From contig NC_006576.1 of NCBI RefSeq assembly GCF_000010065.1, positions 1,920,001 through 1,952,000 of the forward strand: a stretch of 32,000 nucleotides of DNA, given 5' to 3'. Made by a program: the position numbers and the translations under genes. Positions 8,452 through 20,044 of this stretch are shown piece after piece. Source of the stretch: Synechococcus elongatus PCC 6301 (GTDB lineage: Bacteria > Cyanobacteriota > Cyanobacteriia > Synechococcales > Synechococcaceae). Below the pieces are notes generated by a model, which was given only the letters and a program-made list of their open reading frames with translations, made no database searches and was not told the origin of the DNA. Within the stretch, counting starts at the first letter, position 1. Each line of letters opens with the position of its first letter.

Positions 8452-10824
8452 ATGCCTGCTGCGATCGTCCATTCCGCTGATCCTTCATCCACATCAATTC
8501 TGGTGGAAGTGGAAGGGATGAAATGTGCAGGCTGTGTCGCAGCAGTGGAACGCCGCTTGCAACAGACCGCAGGTGTGGAAGCGGTCAGCGTCAATTTAAT
8601 TACGCGCCTTGCCAAAGTTGATTACGATGCGGCACTGATTGAGGACCCAACTGTCCTAACAACGGAAATCACCGGCTTGGGCTTTCGGGCGCAGTTGCGG
8701 CAGGACGACAATCCGCTGACGCTGCCGATCGCTGAGATCCCACCCCTGCAACAGCAGCGCTTACAACTGGCGATCGCGGCTTTTCTCCTGATTGTTTCCA
8801 GTTGGGGGCACCTGGGGCACTGGCTCGACCATCCCTTGCCGGGCACCGATCAGCTGTGGTTTCACGCGTTGCTGGCGATTTGGGCCTTGCTAGGGCCGGG
8901 ACGCAGCATTTTGCAAGCGGGCTGGCAGGGCTTGCGCTGTGGCGCACCGAATATGAATAGCTTGGTGCTGCTGGGCACCGGTAGTGCTTATCTGGCAAGT
9001 TTGGTGGCGTTGCTCTGGCCGCAGCTAGGCTGGGTCTGTTTTCTTGATGAGCCCGTGATGTTGCTGGGCTTCATTTTGCTGGGGCGAACCTTGGAGGAGC
9101 AGGCACGTTTCCGCAGTCAGGCTGCTTTGCAAAACCTTTTGGCTTTGCAACCAGAAACGACGCAGTTGCTGACAGCACCCAGCTCGATCGCTCCCCAAGA
9201 TCTCCTCGAAGCACCGGCTCAGATTTGGCCGGTCGCCCAATTGCGGGCGGGTGACTACGTCCAGGTGCTGCCCGGCGTTCGCATTCCGGTGGATGGTTGC
9301 ATCGTTGCAGGCCAGAGCACTTTGGATACAGCGATGCTGACGGGAGAACCACTACCGCAACCTTGTCAGGTGGGCGATCGCGTCTGCGCAGGGACGCTGA
9401 ACCTCAGCCACCGCTTGGTGATTCGGGCCGAACAAACTGGTAGTCAAACTCGACTGGCGGCAATCGTGCGGTGTGTGGCGGAGGCACAGCAACGGAAAGC
9501 CCCAGTCCAGCGGTTTGCGGATGCGATCGCGGGTCGCTTCGTCTACGGCGTTTGTGCGATCGCGGCGCTGACCTTTGGCTTTTGGGCAACGCTGGGCAGC
9601 CGCTGGTGGCCGCAGGTTCTGCAGCAGCCTTTACCGGGTCTGCTAATCCACGCGCCCCATCACGGCATGGAAATGGCGCACCCCCACAGTCATTCACCGC
9701 TGCTGCTGGCGCTGACCTTGGCGATTAGTGTGTTGGTCGTAGCTTGTCCTTGTGCCCTAGGTTTAGCCACGCCGACGGCCATCCTCGTCGCAACAGGACT
9801 TGCCGCTGAACAGGGCATCTTGGTGCGCGGTGGTGATGTGCTAGAACAGTTGGCGCGAATTAAGCACTTTGTCTTCGATAAAACTGGAACCCTGACCCAA
9901 GGTCAATTTGAGCTGATCGAGATTCAACCCCTAGCGGATGTGGATCCCGATCGCCTCCTGCAATGGGCCGCTGCCTTAGAAGCTGATAGTCGACATCCTC
10001 TGGCGACCGCCCTACAAACAGCAGCTCAGGCAGCGAATCTGGCACCGATCGCAGCCAGCGATCGCCAGCAAGTGCCGGGTTTGGGCGTCAGCGGGACTTG
10101 TGACGGGCGATCACTGCGTCTGGGCAATCCCACTTGGGTACAAGTCGCTACAGCCAAGTTACCGACTGGTTCTGCTGCTGCAACATCAATCTGGCTGGCT
10201 GATGATCAGCAACTCCTGGCCTGCTTCTGGCTGCAAGATCAACCGCGCCCCGAAGCGGCAGAAGTTGTCCAAGCCCTGCGATCGCGGGGGGCAACCGTGC
10301 AAATCCTTAGTGGCGATCGCCAAACAACAGCCGTGGCCCTCGCTCAGCAGCTTGGACTTGAATCGGAGACTGTAGTTGCAGAAGTGCTGCCCGAAGATAA
10401 AGCGGCGGCGATTGCTGCTCTCCAATCACAAGGCGATGCTGTGGCCATGATCGGTGATGGCATTAATGACGCACCCGCCCTTGCGACTGCCGCAGTCGGG
10501 ATCAGTCTGGCCGCCGGCAGCGACATTGCCCAAGACAGTGCGGGCTTACTGCTCAGCCGCGATCGCCTTGATAGCGTTCTGGTGGCTTGGAATTTGAGCC
10601 AAATGGGACTGCGGACGATTCGCCAAAACCTAACTTGGGCGCTGGGCTACAACGTGGTGATGTTGCCTTTGGCAGCGGGTGCCTTCTTGCCGGCCTACGG
10701 TCTAGCACTGACCCCCGCGATCGCCGGGGCTTGTATGGCTGTCAGTTCCCTCGCCGTTGTTAGTAATTCGCTATTGCTGCGCTACTGGTTCCGGCGATCG
10801 CTCAACCATTCAGTTTCTGTCTGA
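8452..10824 (+). CDS. synA: Copper-transporting P-type ATPase (SynA/CtaA)
   Basis: 790 aa with GMKCAGCVAAVERRL metal-binding domain, TGEPLP, VVACPCALGLATPTA, DKTGTLTQ and GDGINDAPALATAAVG. Matches recalled S. elongatus SynA in sequence and length. Confidence 0.93.
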   Translation: MPAAIVHSADPSSTSILVEVEGMKCAGCVAAVERRLQQTAGVEAVSVNLITRLAKVDYDAALIEDPTVLTTEITGLGFRAQLRQDDNPLTLPIAEIPPLQQQRLQLAIAAFLLIVSSWGHLGHWLDHPLPGTDQLWFHALLAIWALLGPGRSILQAGWQGLRCGAPNMNSLVLLGTGSAYLASLVALLWPQLGWVCFLDEPVMLLGFILLGRTLEEQARFRSQAALQNLLALQPETTQLLTAPSSIAPQDLLEAPAQIWPVAQLRAGDYVQVLPGVRIPVDGCIVAGQSTLDTAMLTGEPLPQPCQVGDRVCAGTLNLSHRLVIRAEQTGSQTRLAAIVRCVAEAQQRKAPVQRFADAIAGRFVYGVCAIAALTFGFWATLGSRWWPQVLQQPLPGLLIHAPHHGMEMAHPHSHSPLLLALTLAISVLVVACPCALGLATPTAILVATGLAAEQGILVRGGDVLEQLARIKHFVFDKTGTLTQGQFELIEIQPLADVDPDRLLQWAAALEADSRHPLATALQTAAQAANLAPIAASDRQQVPGLGVSGTCDGRSLRLGNPTWVQVATAKLPTGSAAATSIWLADDQQLLACFWLQDQPRPEAAEVVQALRSRGATVQILSGDRQTTAVALAQQLGLESETVVAEVLPEDKAAAIAALQSQGDAVAMIGDGINDAPALATAAVGISLAAGSDIAQDSAGLLLSRDRLDSVLVAWNLSQMGLRTIRQNLTWALGYNVVMLPLAAGAFLPAYGLALTPAIAGACMAVSSLAVVSNSLLLRYWFRRSLNHSVSV

Positions 10825-10943
10825 ATCCTCCAGAACGTTTCCGGCCCTGACTTCCCCCTCACCAGAGGTCAACACCAGCTAGTTTTACCCGCTGCGATCG
10901 CTTCTCCACCGATGAGTCCTACCCGAAATCTTGTTGCGGGGGG

Positions 10944-10965
10944 CTGGGGGAGTCGAGTCCCCCAG
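10944..10965. terminator. GC-rich perfect hairpin downstream of synA
   Basis: CTGGGGGA-GTCGAG-TCCCCCAG: 8-bp stem, 6-nt loop. No U tract follows. Confidence 0.5.
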
Positions 10966-10974
10966 TGCGTGGGT

Positions 10975-10998
10975 GTGGGGGTGCGCAATCACCCCCAC
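10975..10998. terminator. Second GC-rich perfect hairpin downstream of synA
   Basis: GTGGGGGTG-CGCAAT-CACCCCCAC: 9-bp stem, 6-nt loop. No U tract follows. Confidence 0.45.
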
Positions 10999-11105
10999 GG
11001 ACAGAGGCTTTTGACCCCAAACCAATCCATACCAAGCCGAATCTTCCCAACTGGCTTGCTGATTGCTAAATGACTGTTGTTCCAGACTGCGATCGCTCCA
11101 TAAGG

Positions 11106-11138
11106 AAAACCGCTAGCTCTCTGGGAACCAGCGGTTTT
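11106..11138 (-). terminator. Intrinsic terminator-like hairpin downstream of atpC (possibly bidirectional)
   Basis: AAAACCGCT (11106-11114) pairs with AGCGGTTTT (11130-11138), giving A/T ends on both strands between convergent genes. Confidence 0.7.
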
Positions 11139-11219
11139 AGACGCAGTAAGGAGGTATTGCTCGCCTAGCTTAGGAGCCCAGCGATCGCAGCCTCTGCAAA
11201 CTTAAGAAGGCATTCAGGA

Positions 11220-11633
11220 TCAAACGCTGACTAGACCACCCGCAGCCTGCAAGCGTGCCCGTGCCCGACGGTAGGCTTGCGTTGCTTGGAACTTGCCTTG
11301 GCGATCGTCTTCTTTGACGCCTTTCAAGCGTTCATCAGCCTGACTAAAGGCGGCACGGGCTTCTTCGAGGTCGATCTTGTCGCCCCGTTCAGCAGCGTTG
11401 ACCAACACCGTAACTTCGTTGTTTTCAACTTCAGCGAAGCCGCCTAAAACAGCGATCGCCAGCCACTCTTTGTCAGCTCGCACCCGCAACACACCGGTGT
11501 CCAAGGCAGAGAGCAAAGGGGCGTGACCCGGCAAGATACCGAGTTGACCGGTGGTGCTAGGCAGAATGACTTCTTGGGCAGGCGCGTCCCAAACCGTTCG
11601 GTCGGGAGCAATGACGCGGACAGTCAGGCTCAT
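11220..11633 (-). CDS. atpC: ATP synthase F1 epsilon subunit
   Basis: 137 aa, [52 protein letters not shown]. Called atpE in chloroplast-style naming. Confidence 0.97.
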   Translation of the reverse strand: MSLTVRVIAPDRTVWDAPAQEVILPSTTGQLGILPGHAPLLSALDTGVLRVRADKEWLAIAVLGGFAEVENNEVTVLVNAAERGDKIDLEEARAAFSQADERLKGVKEDDRQGKFQATQAYRRARARLQAAGGLVSV

Positions 11634-11703
11634 GGTCGCGGAGATTTAGGGACAAAAACAGGAGGCGGGGCTGCGATCGCAACCCCACCAAAGTCAGCCA
11701 AAC

Positions 11704-13233
<1,530 letters not shown>

Positions 13234-13286
13234 TCACCGAAGGCTGCACCTTCCCGCAGCAAGATTCCCATTCCTGCGATCGCCGA

Positions 13287-13302
13287 GTTCGGGAACCCGT
13301 AC
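13287..13302 (+). promoter_or_regulatory. K-box-like heat/light regulatory element upstream of groESL
   Basis: GTTCGG-GAAC-CCGTAC fits the recalled cyanobacterial K-box consensus GTTCGG-NNAN-CCNNAC and lies upstream of CIRCE. Confidence 0.65.
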
Positions 13303-13339
13303 TGAGGTCGCGTTGCCCTCCGAGAAGGCGGCCCGTACA

Positions 13340-13366
13340 TTAGCACTCAGGTACTGGGAGTGCTAA
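13340..13366 (+). promoter_or_regulatory. CIRCE operator (HrcA binding site)
   Basis: TTAGCACTC-AGGTACTGG-GAGTGCTAA, a perfect 9-9-9 CIRCE inverted repeat 54 nt before the groES ATG. Confidence 0.97.
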
Positions 13367-13420
13367 TCCATGCGGATCATCCCGGTTGCCCTCTCCCCGT
13401 GACGACGTTTACTCAAAACT

Positions 13421-13732
13421 ATGGCAGCTGTATCTCTGAGTGTTTCGACCGTGACGCCCCTGGGCGATCGCGTTTTTGTGAAAGTCGCTGAAGCCGAAGA
13501 AAAAACTGCTGGCGGCATCATCCTGCCCGATAACGCTAAAGAGAAGCCCCAAGTCGGCGAAATCGTGGCAGTTGGCCCTGGCAAACGCAACGACGACGGC
13601 AGCCGCCAAGCGCCTGAAGTCAAAATCGGCGACAAAGTTCTCTACTCCAAGTACGCCGGTACTGACATCAAACTCGGCAACGACGACTACGTGTTGCTGT
13701 CCGAGAAAGACATCTTGGCCGTTGTTGCCTAG
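13421..13732 (+). CDS. groES: Co-chaperonin GroES
   Basis: 103 aa, [46 protein letters not shown]. Confidence 0.98.
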   Translation: MAAVSLSVSTVTPLGDRVFVKVAEAEEKTAGGIILPDNAKEKPQVGEIVAVGPGKRNDDGSRQAPEVKIGDKVLYSKYAGTDIKLGNDDYVLLSEKDILAVVA

Positions 13733-13770
13733 GCTTTCTTCCTTTCACTGCCCTTCAGGACATTCCTTAA

Positions 13771-15414
<1,644 letters not shown>

Positions 15415-15434
15415 GTTCCCCAGTTTTAAGACGG

Positions 15435-15491
15435 GCGGAGGTTTTCCTCCGCTCGCGATCGCTCCTCAGAGTTCGCTCTGGGGAGTTTTTT
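15435..15491 (+). terminator. Tandem hairpins ending in an intrinsic terminator after groEL
   Basis: GCGGAGG-TTTT-CCTCCGC (15435-15452), then CTCCTCAGAG-TTCG-CTCTGGGGAG (15462-15485) followed by TTTTTT. Confidence 0.88.
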
Positions 15492-15497
15492 GTGGTT

Positions 15498-16571
15498 TTA
15501 CAGAAGCGATCGCAGCAGATTGGCAACCTGTTCAGCGCTGTCAGCGACGTGGAGTTTGCCTGCGGCAGCCGCCATCTTCGGCAAGGGATTGGCGATCGCA
15601 GCGCCCAGTCGCGCCCGTAACAAATCCAAGATCTGCTGCTGAAGCTGCTCTACCGTCAGTTCTGATTGCGGGGCTAGGATCGCGGCCCCAGCCTTGGCAA
15701 AAATGCGGGCGTTAAAGGTCTGGTGATCTTCTGCGGCAAAGGGATAGGGAATCAGCAAGCTAGGCAATCCGGCCGCTGCCAATTCCGCCAAACTGCCAGC
15801 ACCGGCGCGACTGATCGAAAAGTCGGCTCGATTCAAAAGCGGCGCAACGTTGTCGACAAACGACAGCTCGATGTACTGCGGATGTTGGAGCTGGCCGCGA
15901 TCGGGATCTTGCTGGCCGGTCAGATGCACGATCCACAGGCCTGCTGCCAACCAAGCAGGAGCAGCAGCTCGCACTAACCGATTGATGGCGACTGCGCCTT
16001 GGCTGCCACCCATCACTAGCAAGACTGGCACATTCTCAGGAATTGGCAGACCATGCTGGCTGGGCTGATAAAACTGCGATCGCAACGGGGTGCCGACTAC
16101 TTGCAGCGGCCGACCCGGTAGATACTCGCCAGCCTCGGCAAAGCCAAGGGCAACACGTCGACAAAACCGGCTAAGTAAGCGTGTTGTTTTGCCCGGCAGT
16201 GCGTTTGATTCATGCAGAACGACGGGAATTCCCAGACTCCAAGCGGCCGCGATCGCAGGACCCGCAATATAGCCGCCCGTCGTGAAGACTGCTTCGATTT
16301 GCTGTCGCTTCAACAGGCGTCGCACCTTAAAAATTGCGCCAATCAAGCGCAGCGCTGTCAACGGTCGCAGAAGCCAAGATCCCTGAAAGCCGCCGACGCG
16401 GATTGTATGGAGTGGATAGCGATCGCCCACCAATTGCGTCTCGAGGCGATCGGGCACGCCCAGCCAATCGATCTTCGCTTCAGGCAGTGCTTCAGCAACC
16501 GCTAGAGCCGGAAAGACATGGCCACCGGTGCCGCTAGCAGCAAAGAGGAGGCGCGGTTGAGCAACAGACAC
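15498..16571 (-). CDS. murG: UDP-N-acetylglucosamine--N-acetylmuramyl-(pentapeptide) pyrophosphoryl-undecaprenol GlcNAc transferase
   Basis: LLFAASGTGGHVFPALAVAEALP...GGYIAGPAIAAAWSLGIPVVLHESNALPGKTTRLLSRF...SRAGAGSLAELAAAGLPSLLIPYP. Proposed GTG start at 16571 (VSVAQPRLLF); the listed ORF extends upstream without family resemblance. Confidence 0.93.
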   Translation of the reverse strand: MSVAQPRLLFAASGTGGHVFPALAVAEALPEAKIDWLGVPDRLETQLVGDRYPLHTIRVGGFQGSWLLRPLTALRLIGAIFKVRRLLKRQQIEAVFTTGGYIAGPAIAAAWSLGIPVVLHESNALPGKTTRLLSRFCRRVALGFAEAGEYLPGRPLQVVGTPLRSQFYQPSQHGLPIPENVPVLLVMGGSQGAVAINRLVRAAAPAWLAAGLWIVHLTGQQDPDRGQLQHPQYIELSFVDNVAPLLNRADFSISRAGAGSLAELAAAGLPSLLIPYPFAAEDHQTFNARIFAKAGAAILAPQSELTVEQLQQQILDLLRARLGAAIANPLPKMAAAAGKLHVADSAEQVANLLRSLL

Positions 16572-16646
16572 ACGGGGACCTGACGACACAGAATCAGCGA
16601 CTAGAATACCGTCATGCCTACTGCCCTTCTTATGACTGGGGTTTCC

Positions 16647-17426
16647 ATGCTGCGCTCCTTTCGTCCGTTTTCCTTGGCGCTCTTCGCAACCCTTCTGATT
16701 GGGGCAACTCCGACGCTGGGGCGGGCTCAAACTCCAGCCGCTGCAACAGCAGTTTTCCAAAGCTTGGCGGATGCGGCGACTCGTCAAGATCCCAAAGCGA
16801 TCGCCAATCTCTACTCTCCCAGCTTCCAGCCACCGGATGGTCTCGATCGCATGGGTTATGACTCTGCGATGCAGCGCTTTTGGAAGCAGTTTCCGGGGGC
16901 TCGCTACACGGTTCAAGTCCTGAATAGTCAGCCCAGCAGCAACGGTCTCCAGGTGGAAACCCTGACCAAGATTGAAGGCCAGCGGAAACAGGGCGATCGC
17001 ACCTTCAAGTTAGCCTCAGAAATTAAGAGTCGCTGGCTGCTGCAAAATGGACGCCTCCAGCGCGAAGAAATTTTGAGTGAACGCAGCCGTCTGACCAGTG
17101 GCAGTAAACCACCGGAACTGACGGTCAATGCTCCAGCCACCGTGCTGACGGGCGAAAACTTCTCGTTTGATGCCTACGTTGATGGGGCGCTCAACGATGA
17201 TCTGTTGGTCGGCGGTGTGACCGATGACCCAGTGGATCTGCAGCGCTTACTCAAACCCACAGCTTTCCGGCTGCAAGCGTTGACGGCTGGCGGCGTCTAC
17301 AAACAAGCACGGGCTCCGCAGCGTCCTGGCAACTTTTGGATTTCAGCTTTGGTCGTCCGTCGGGATGGCCTGACGGTTGTCAGTGAGCGCCTGCGCGTCG
17401 TCGATCGTACCCGCCCTAACCGCTAG
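16647..17426 (+). CDS. Secreted conserved protein, possibly with an NTF2-like region
   Basis: MLRSFRPFSLALFATLLIGATPTLGRAQT signal-like N-terminus, then FQSLADAATRQDPKAIANLYSPSFQPPDG. ORF opens at 16614; ATG 16647 preferred. Confidence 0.6.
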   Translation: MLRSFRPFSLALFATLLIGATPTLGRAQTPAAATAVFQSLADAATRQDPKAIANLYSPSFQPPDGLDRMGYDSAMQRFWKQFPGARYTVQVLNSQPSSNGLQVETLTKIEGQRKQGDRTFKLASEIKSRWLLQNGRLQREEILSERSRLTSGSKPPELTVNAPATVLTGENFSFDAYVDGALNDDLLVGGVTDDPVDLQRLLKPTAFRLQALTAGGVYKQARAPQRPGNFWISALVVRRDGLTVVSERLRVVDRTRPNR

Positions 17427-17452
17427 CGATCGCAGCAAATTTGTCGAGGCAT

Positions 17453-17481
17453 TTGACAAAAGCCGTAACTCCTACTAGATT
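17453..17481 (+). promoter_or_regulatory. Sigma70-like promoter of tRNA-Arg
   Basis: TTGACA (17453-17458), 17-nt spacer, TAGATT (17476-17481), 13 nt before the tRNA. Confidence 0.75.
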
Positions 17482-17494
17482 AGTAAATCGACGC

Positions 17495-17568
17495 GGGTTT
17501 GTAGCTCAGTGGATTAGAGCATTTGACTACGGATCAAAGGGTCGGGGGTTCGAATCCCTCCAAACCCG
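17495..17568 (+). tRNA. tRNA-Arg(ACG)
   Basis: 74-nt cloverleaf: acceptor GGGTTTG/CAAACCC, D-stem GCTC/GAGC, anticodon stem TTTGA/TCAAA with loop CTACGGA (anticodon ACG), T loop TTCGAAT. CCA not encoded. Confidence 0.97.
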
Positions 17569-17574
17569 TCGCAC

Positions 17575-17611
17575 AAAAGCCTGTCTAAGCATTGTCTTGG
17601 ACAGGCTTTTT
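17575..17611 (+). terminator. Intrinsic terminator after tRNA-Arg
   Basis: AAAAGCCTGTCTAAG-CATTGT-CTTGGACAGGCTTTT, 15-bp stem with one G-U pair, then T. Confidence 0.92.
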
Positions 17612-17780
17612 GCTTGAGCAGACTGACTGATTGCTGGCTGTCACTCCCACTCGGGCTAGGCCGAATGTGAGATCATGAAGCTGTCTTTGCAGCGGTGGCC
17701 GATCTGATTCTCTGCCGACGCTTCTTTTTTGGCAGCTTGCCCAACGCCTGCGAAGTTTTCCGCGACTTGAGAGCCGACGC

Positions 17781-19250
17781 TTGAATTCTTCTGCGCCTTT
17801 GCCGGAAACGGCTTTTTTGCGCCCGGATGGGAGTAACCGCGAGGCGATCGCGGCTGTAGCTCAGTTGGCGCTTGAGCAGTTACTCAATCTCGGTAGCCAG
17901 GCGGATCAGCGATCGCCCGTCCCCACTTGGCAAGGAAGCGAGCGACACGTCGGAATTCCGGCGCAGTCTGTGCCCTTGCCGGACCTACTGCAGCAACTGG
18001 AGCCGCTGCTGGCGCAAGCGATGAATCCAGCCAATCCGGGCTATCTCGGCCACATGGATCCGGTGGCGAGCACTGCGTCAGTCATTGGTGATGCGATCGC
18101 AGCACTTCTCAACAACAATTTGCTCAGCGTCGAGATGTCGCCCAGCTTCTCGCGCTTGGAAACGGCTGTCCTGCGAGAGTTAGCGCAACGGTTTGGGCTG
18201 GGGGACGAGGCTGGAGGATTGCTGCTGAGCGGCGGCAGTCTCGCCAATCTTCAAGCGATCGCCCTGGCACGCAATTGGGCCTTGCAGGTACAGGAAACTG
18301 GCCTGGCCGGACTAACTCAGAGACCAATTCTGTTTGCCTCTGAAGCTGCCCATACTTCGATTCAGAAAGCGGCGATGCTGCTGGGGCTAGGGAGCCAAGC
18401 CGTGATTCCAATCGCAACCGATCGCCGAGGTCGGATGCAAGTTGCCGCCCTCACAGAAGCGATCGCCTCGGCCCGCCGCCAAGGTCAGCGTCCATTTTGT
18501 TTGGTCGCAACTGCAGGCACCACCGTCACTGGCAGCATTGATCCACTCCCAGAACTGAGCGCGATCGCCCGTACTGAAGGGCTGTGGTTCCACGTTGATG
18601 CCTCCTATGGCGGAGCTGTGATCTTTTCGCCGCGCTATGCCCATAAGCTCCAGGGCATTGAGCAGGCTAATTCCGTTACCTTCAATCCGCAGAAGTGGCT
18701 CTGTGTTGCTAAAACGAGCGCTTCGTTACTGCTGCGCGACTGGTCGTTACTGACCGAGCACTTCCGCATTGCTGCGCCCTATATGGGTGAAGCTGACGAC
18801 CTGATCAACCTTGGTGAAGTCTCTGTCCAAGGCACTCGACCGGCAGACATTCTCAAGCTCTGGTTGACGCTCCAACACTTCGGCGATCGCGGTTGTGCTG
18901 CGCTGGTGGAACATGGCCTACGACTGTGCCGCTGCTTTGTTGCAGAATTGCGCCAACGCCCCCAGATTCAAGTGGCGACCCCGCCCGATTTGAATATCCT
19001 CTGTTTCCGTTTGGCGAGCGATCGCCTGACTGCGGAGCTGCAGCAATTTCTCCTCGATCGGTACTTCTTCTTGTCACTGCCAAGATTCCGCGATCGCCTC
19101 TGGCTGAAGGCGGTGCTGGTCAACCCGTTTACGACGCCCGAACACATCCGCCAACTCTTTGGAGCGATCGATGCTTTTTGTCGCGATCGCCAGATCCAGC
19201 CGGATCCCCAAAGTCAAGACAACGAGATCACTTACTCACAGTCGTTATGA
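17781..19250 (+). CDS. PLP-dependent group II decarboxylase (aspartate / diaminobutyrate / tyrosine-like decarboxylase family)
   Basis: 489 aa, NPANPGYLGHMDPVASTASVIGDAIAALLNNN, LLSGGSLANLQAIALARN, LWFHVDASYGGAVIFSPRY, NSVTFNPQKWLCVAKTSA (PLP lysine). Confidence 0.88.
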   Translation: MNSSAPLPETAFLRPDGSNREAIAAVAQLALEQLLNLGSQADQRSPVPTWQGSERHVGIPAQSVPLPDLLQQLEPLLAQAMNPANPGYLGHMDPVASTASVIGDAIAALLNNNLLSVEMSPSFSRLETAVLRELAQRFGLGDEAGGLLLSGGSLANLQAIALARNWALQVQETGLAGLTQRPILFASEAAHTSIQKAAMLLGLGSQAVIPIATDRRGRMQVAALTEAIASARRQGQRPFCLVATAGTTVTGSIDPLPELSAIARTEGLWFHVDASYGGAVIFSPRYAHKLQGIEQANSVTFNPQKWLCVAKTSASLLLRDWSLLTEHFRIAAPYMGEADDLINLGEVSVQGTRPADILKLWLTLQHFGDRGCAALVEHGLRLCRCFVAELRQRPQIQVATPPDLNILCFRLASDRLTAELQQFLLDRYFFLSLPRFRDRLWLKAVLVNPFTTPEHIRQLFGAIDAFCRDRQIQPDPQSQDNEITYSQSL

Positions 19251-19324
19251 GTATGATATAAATGTTTACAGAGGTACTCAGCGATGCGAGTGCCCGTTGA
19301 TATTTACCCGGAGCCGTGAGACTC

Positions 19325-19921
19325 ATGACCGAAGGAGCCCTGCGCGTCGGCCAATTGGCCCCCGATTTTGAAGCGACTGCAGTCGTTGATCAGGAATTCC
19401 AGACGATCAAGCTATCCAATTACCGGGGCAAATACGTCGTTCTGTTCTTCTATCCCCTCGACTTCACCTTTGTTTGCCCGACCGAAATTACTGCTTTTAG
19501 CGATCGCTATGCAGACTTTTCAGCCCTGAACACCGAAATCTTGGGTGTCTCGGTCGATAGCCAATTCAGCCACTTGGCTTGGATTCAAACCAGCCGTAAA
19601 GAAGGTGGTTTGGGTGACTTGGCTTACCCGCTGGTTGCTGACCTCAAGAAAGAAATCAGCACTGCCTACAACGTGCTTGATCCGGCTGAAGGCATTGCCC
19701 TGCGCGGTCTGTTCATCATCGACAAAGAAGGTGTGATCCAGCACGCCACCATCAACAACCTGGCGTTTGGCCGCAGCGTTGATGAAACCCTGCGGGTGCT
19801 GCAAGCCATTCAGTACGTCCAAAGTCACCCCGATGAAGTTTGCCCCGCCAATTGGCAACCGGGTGCAGCGACGATGAACCCCGACCCTGTTAAGTCGAAA
19901 GAGTTCTTCGCTGCAGTCTAG
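19325..19921 (+). CDS. 2-Cys peroxiredoxin
   Basis: 198 aa from ATG 19325, [66 protein letters not shown]. Confidence 0.95.
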   Translation: MTEGALRVGQLAPDFEATAVVDQEFQTIKLSNYRGKYVVLFFYPLDFTFVCPTEITAFSDRYADFSALNTEILGVSVDSQFSHLAWIQTSRKEGGLGDLAYPLVADLKKEISTAYNVLDPAEGIALRGLFIIDKEGVIQHATINNLAFGRSVDETLRVLQAIQYVQSHPDEVCPANWQPGAATMNPDPVKSKEFFAAV

Positions 19922-19972
19922 GCGCTGTAATCGACGTTCTTTACTTCAATCTCTGAACTAAGGCAAGTGTAT

Positions 19973-19999
19973 GGAGCTCAAGTGACTTGGGCTCCTTTT
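19973..19999 (+). terminator. Intrinsic terminator after peroxiredoxin
   Basis: GGAGCTCAAG-TGA... folds as GGAGCTCAAG/CTTGGGCTCC around a 3-nt loop, followed by TTTT. Confidence 0.8.
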
Positions 20000-20044
20000 C
20001 TGTTAGATGGAAAGACCGATACTGGCTGTGATCGCGGGCTGAGA

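Noticed and set aside
15498-16916. Full 472-aa ORF as MurG
   Set aside because: The first ~115 residues show no MurG similarity and overlap the divergent secreted-protein gene. GTG 16571 gives a normal 357-aa MurG.
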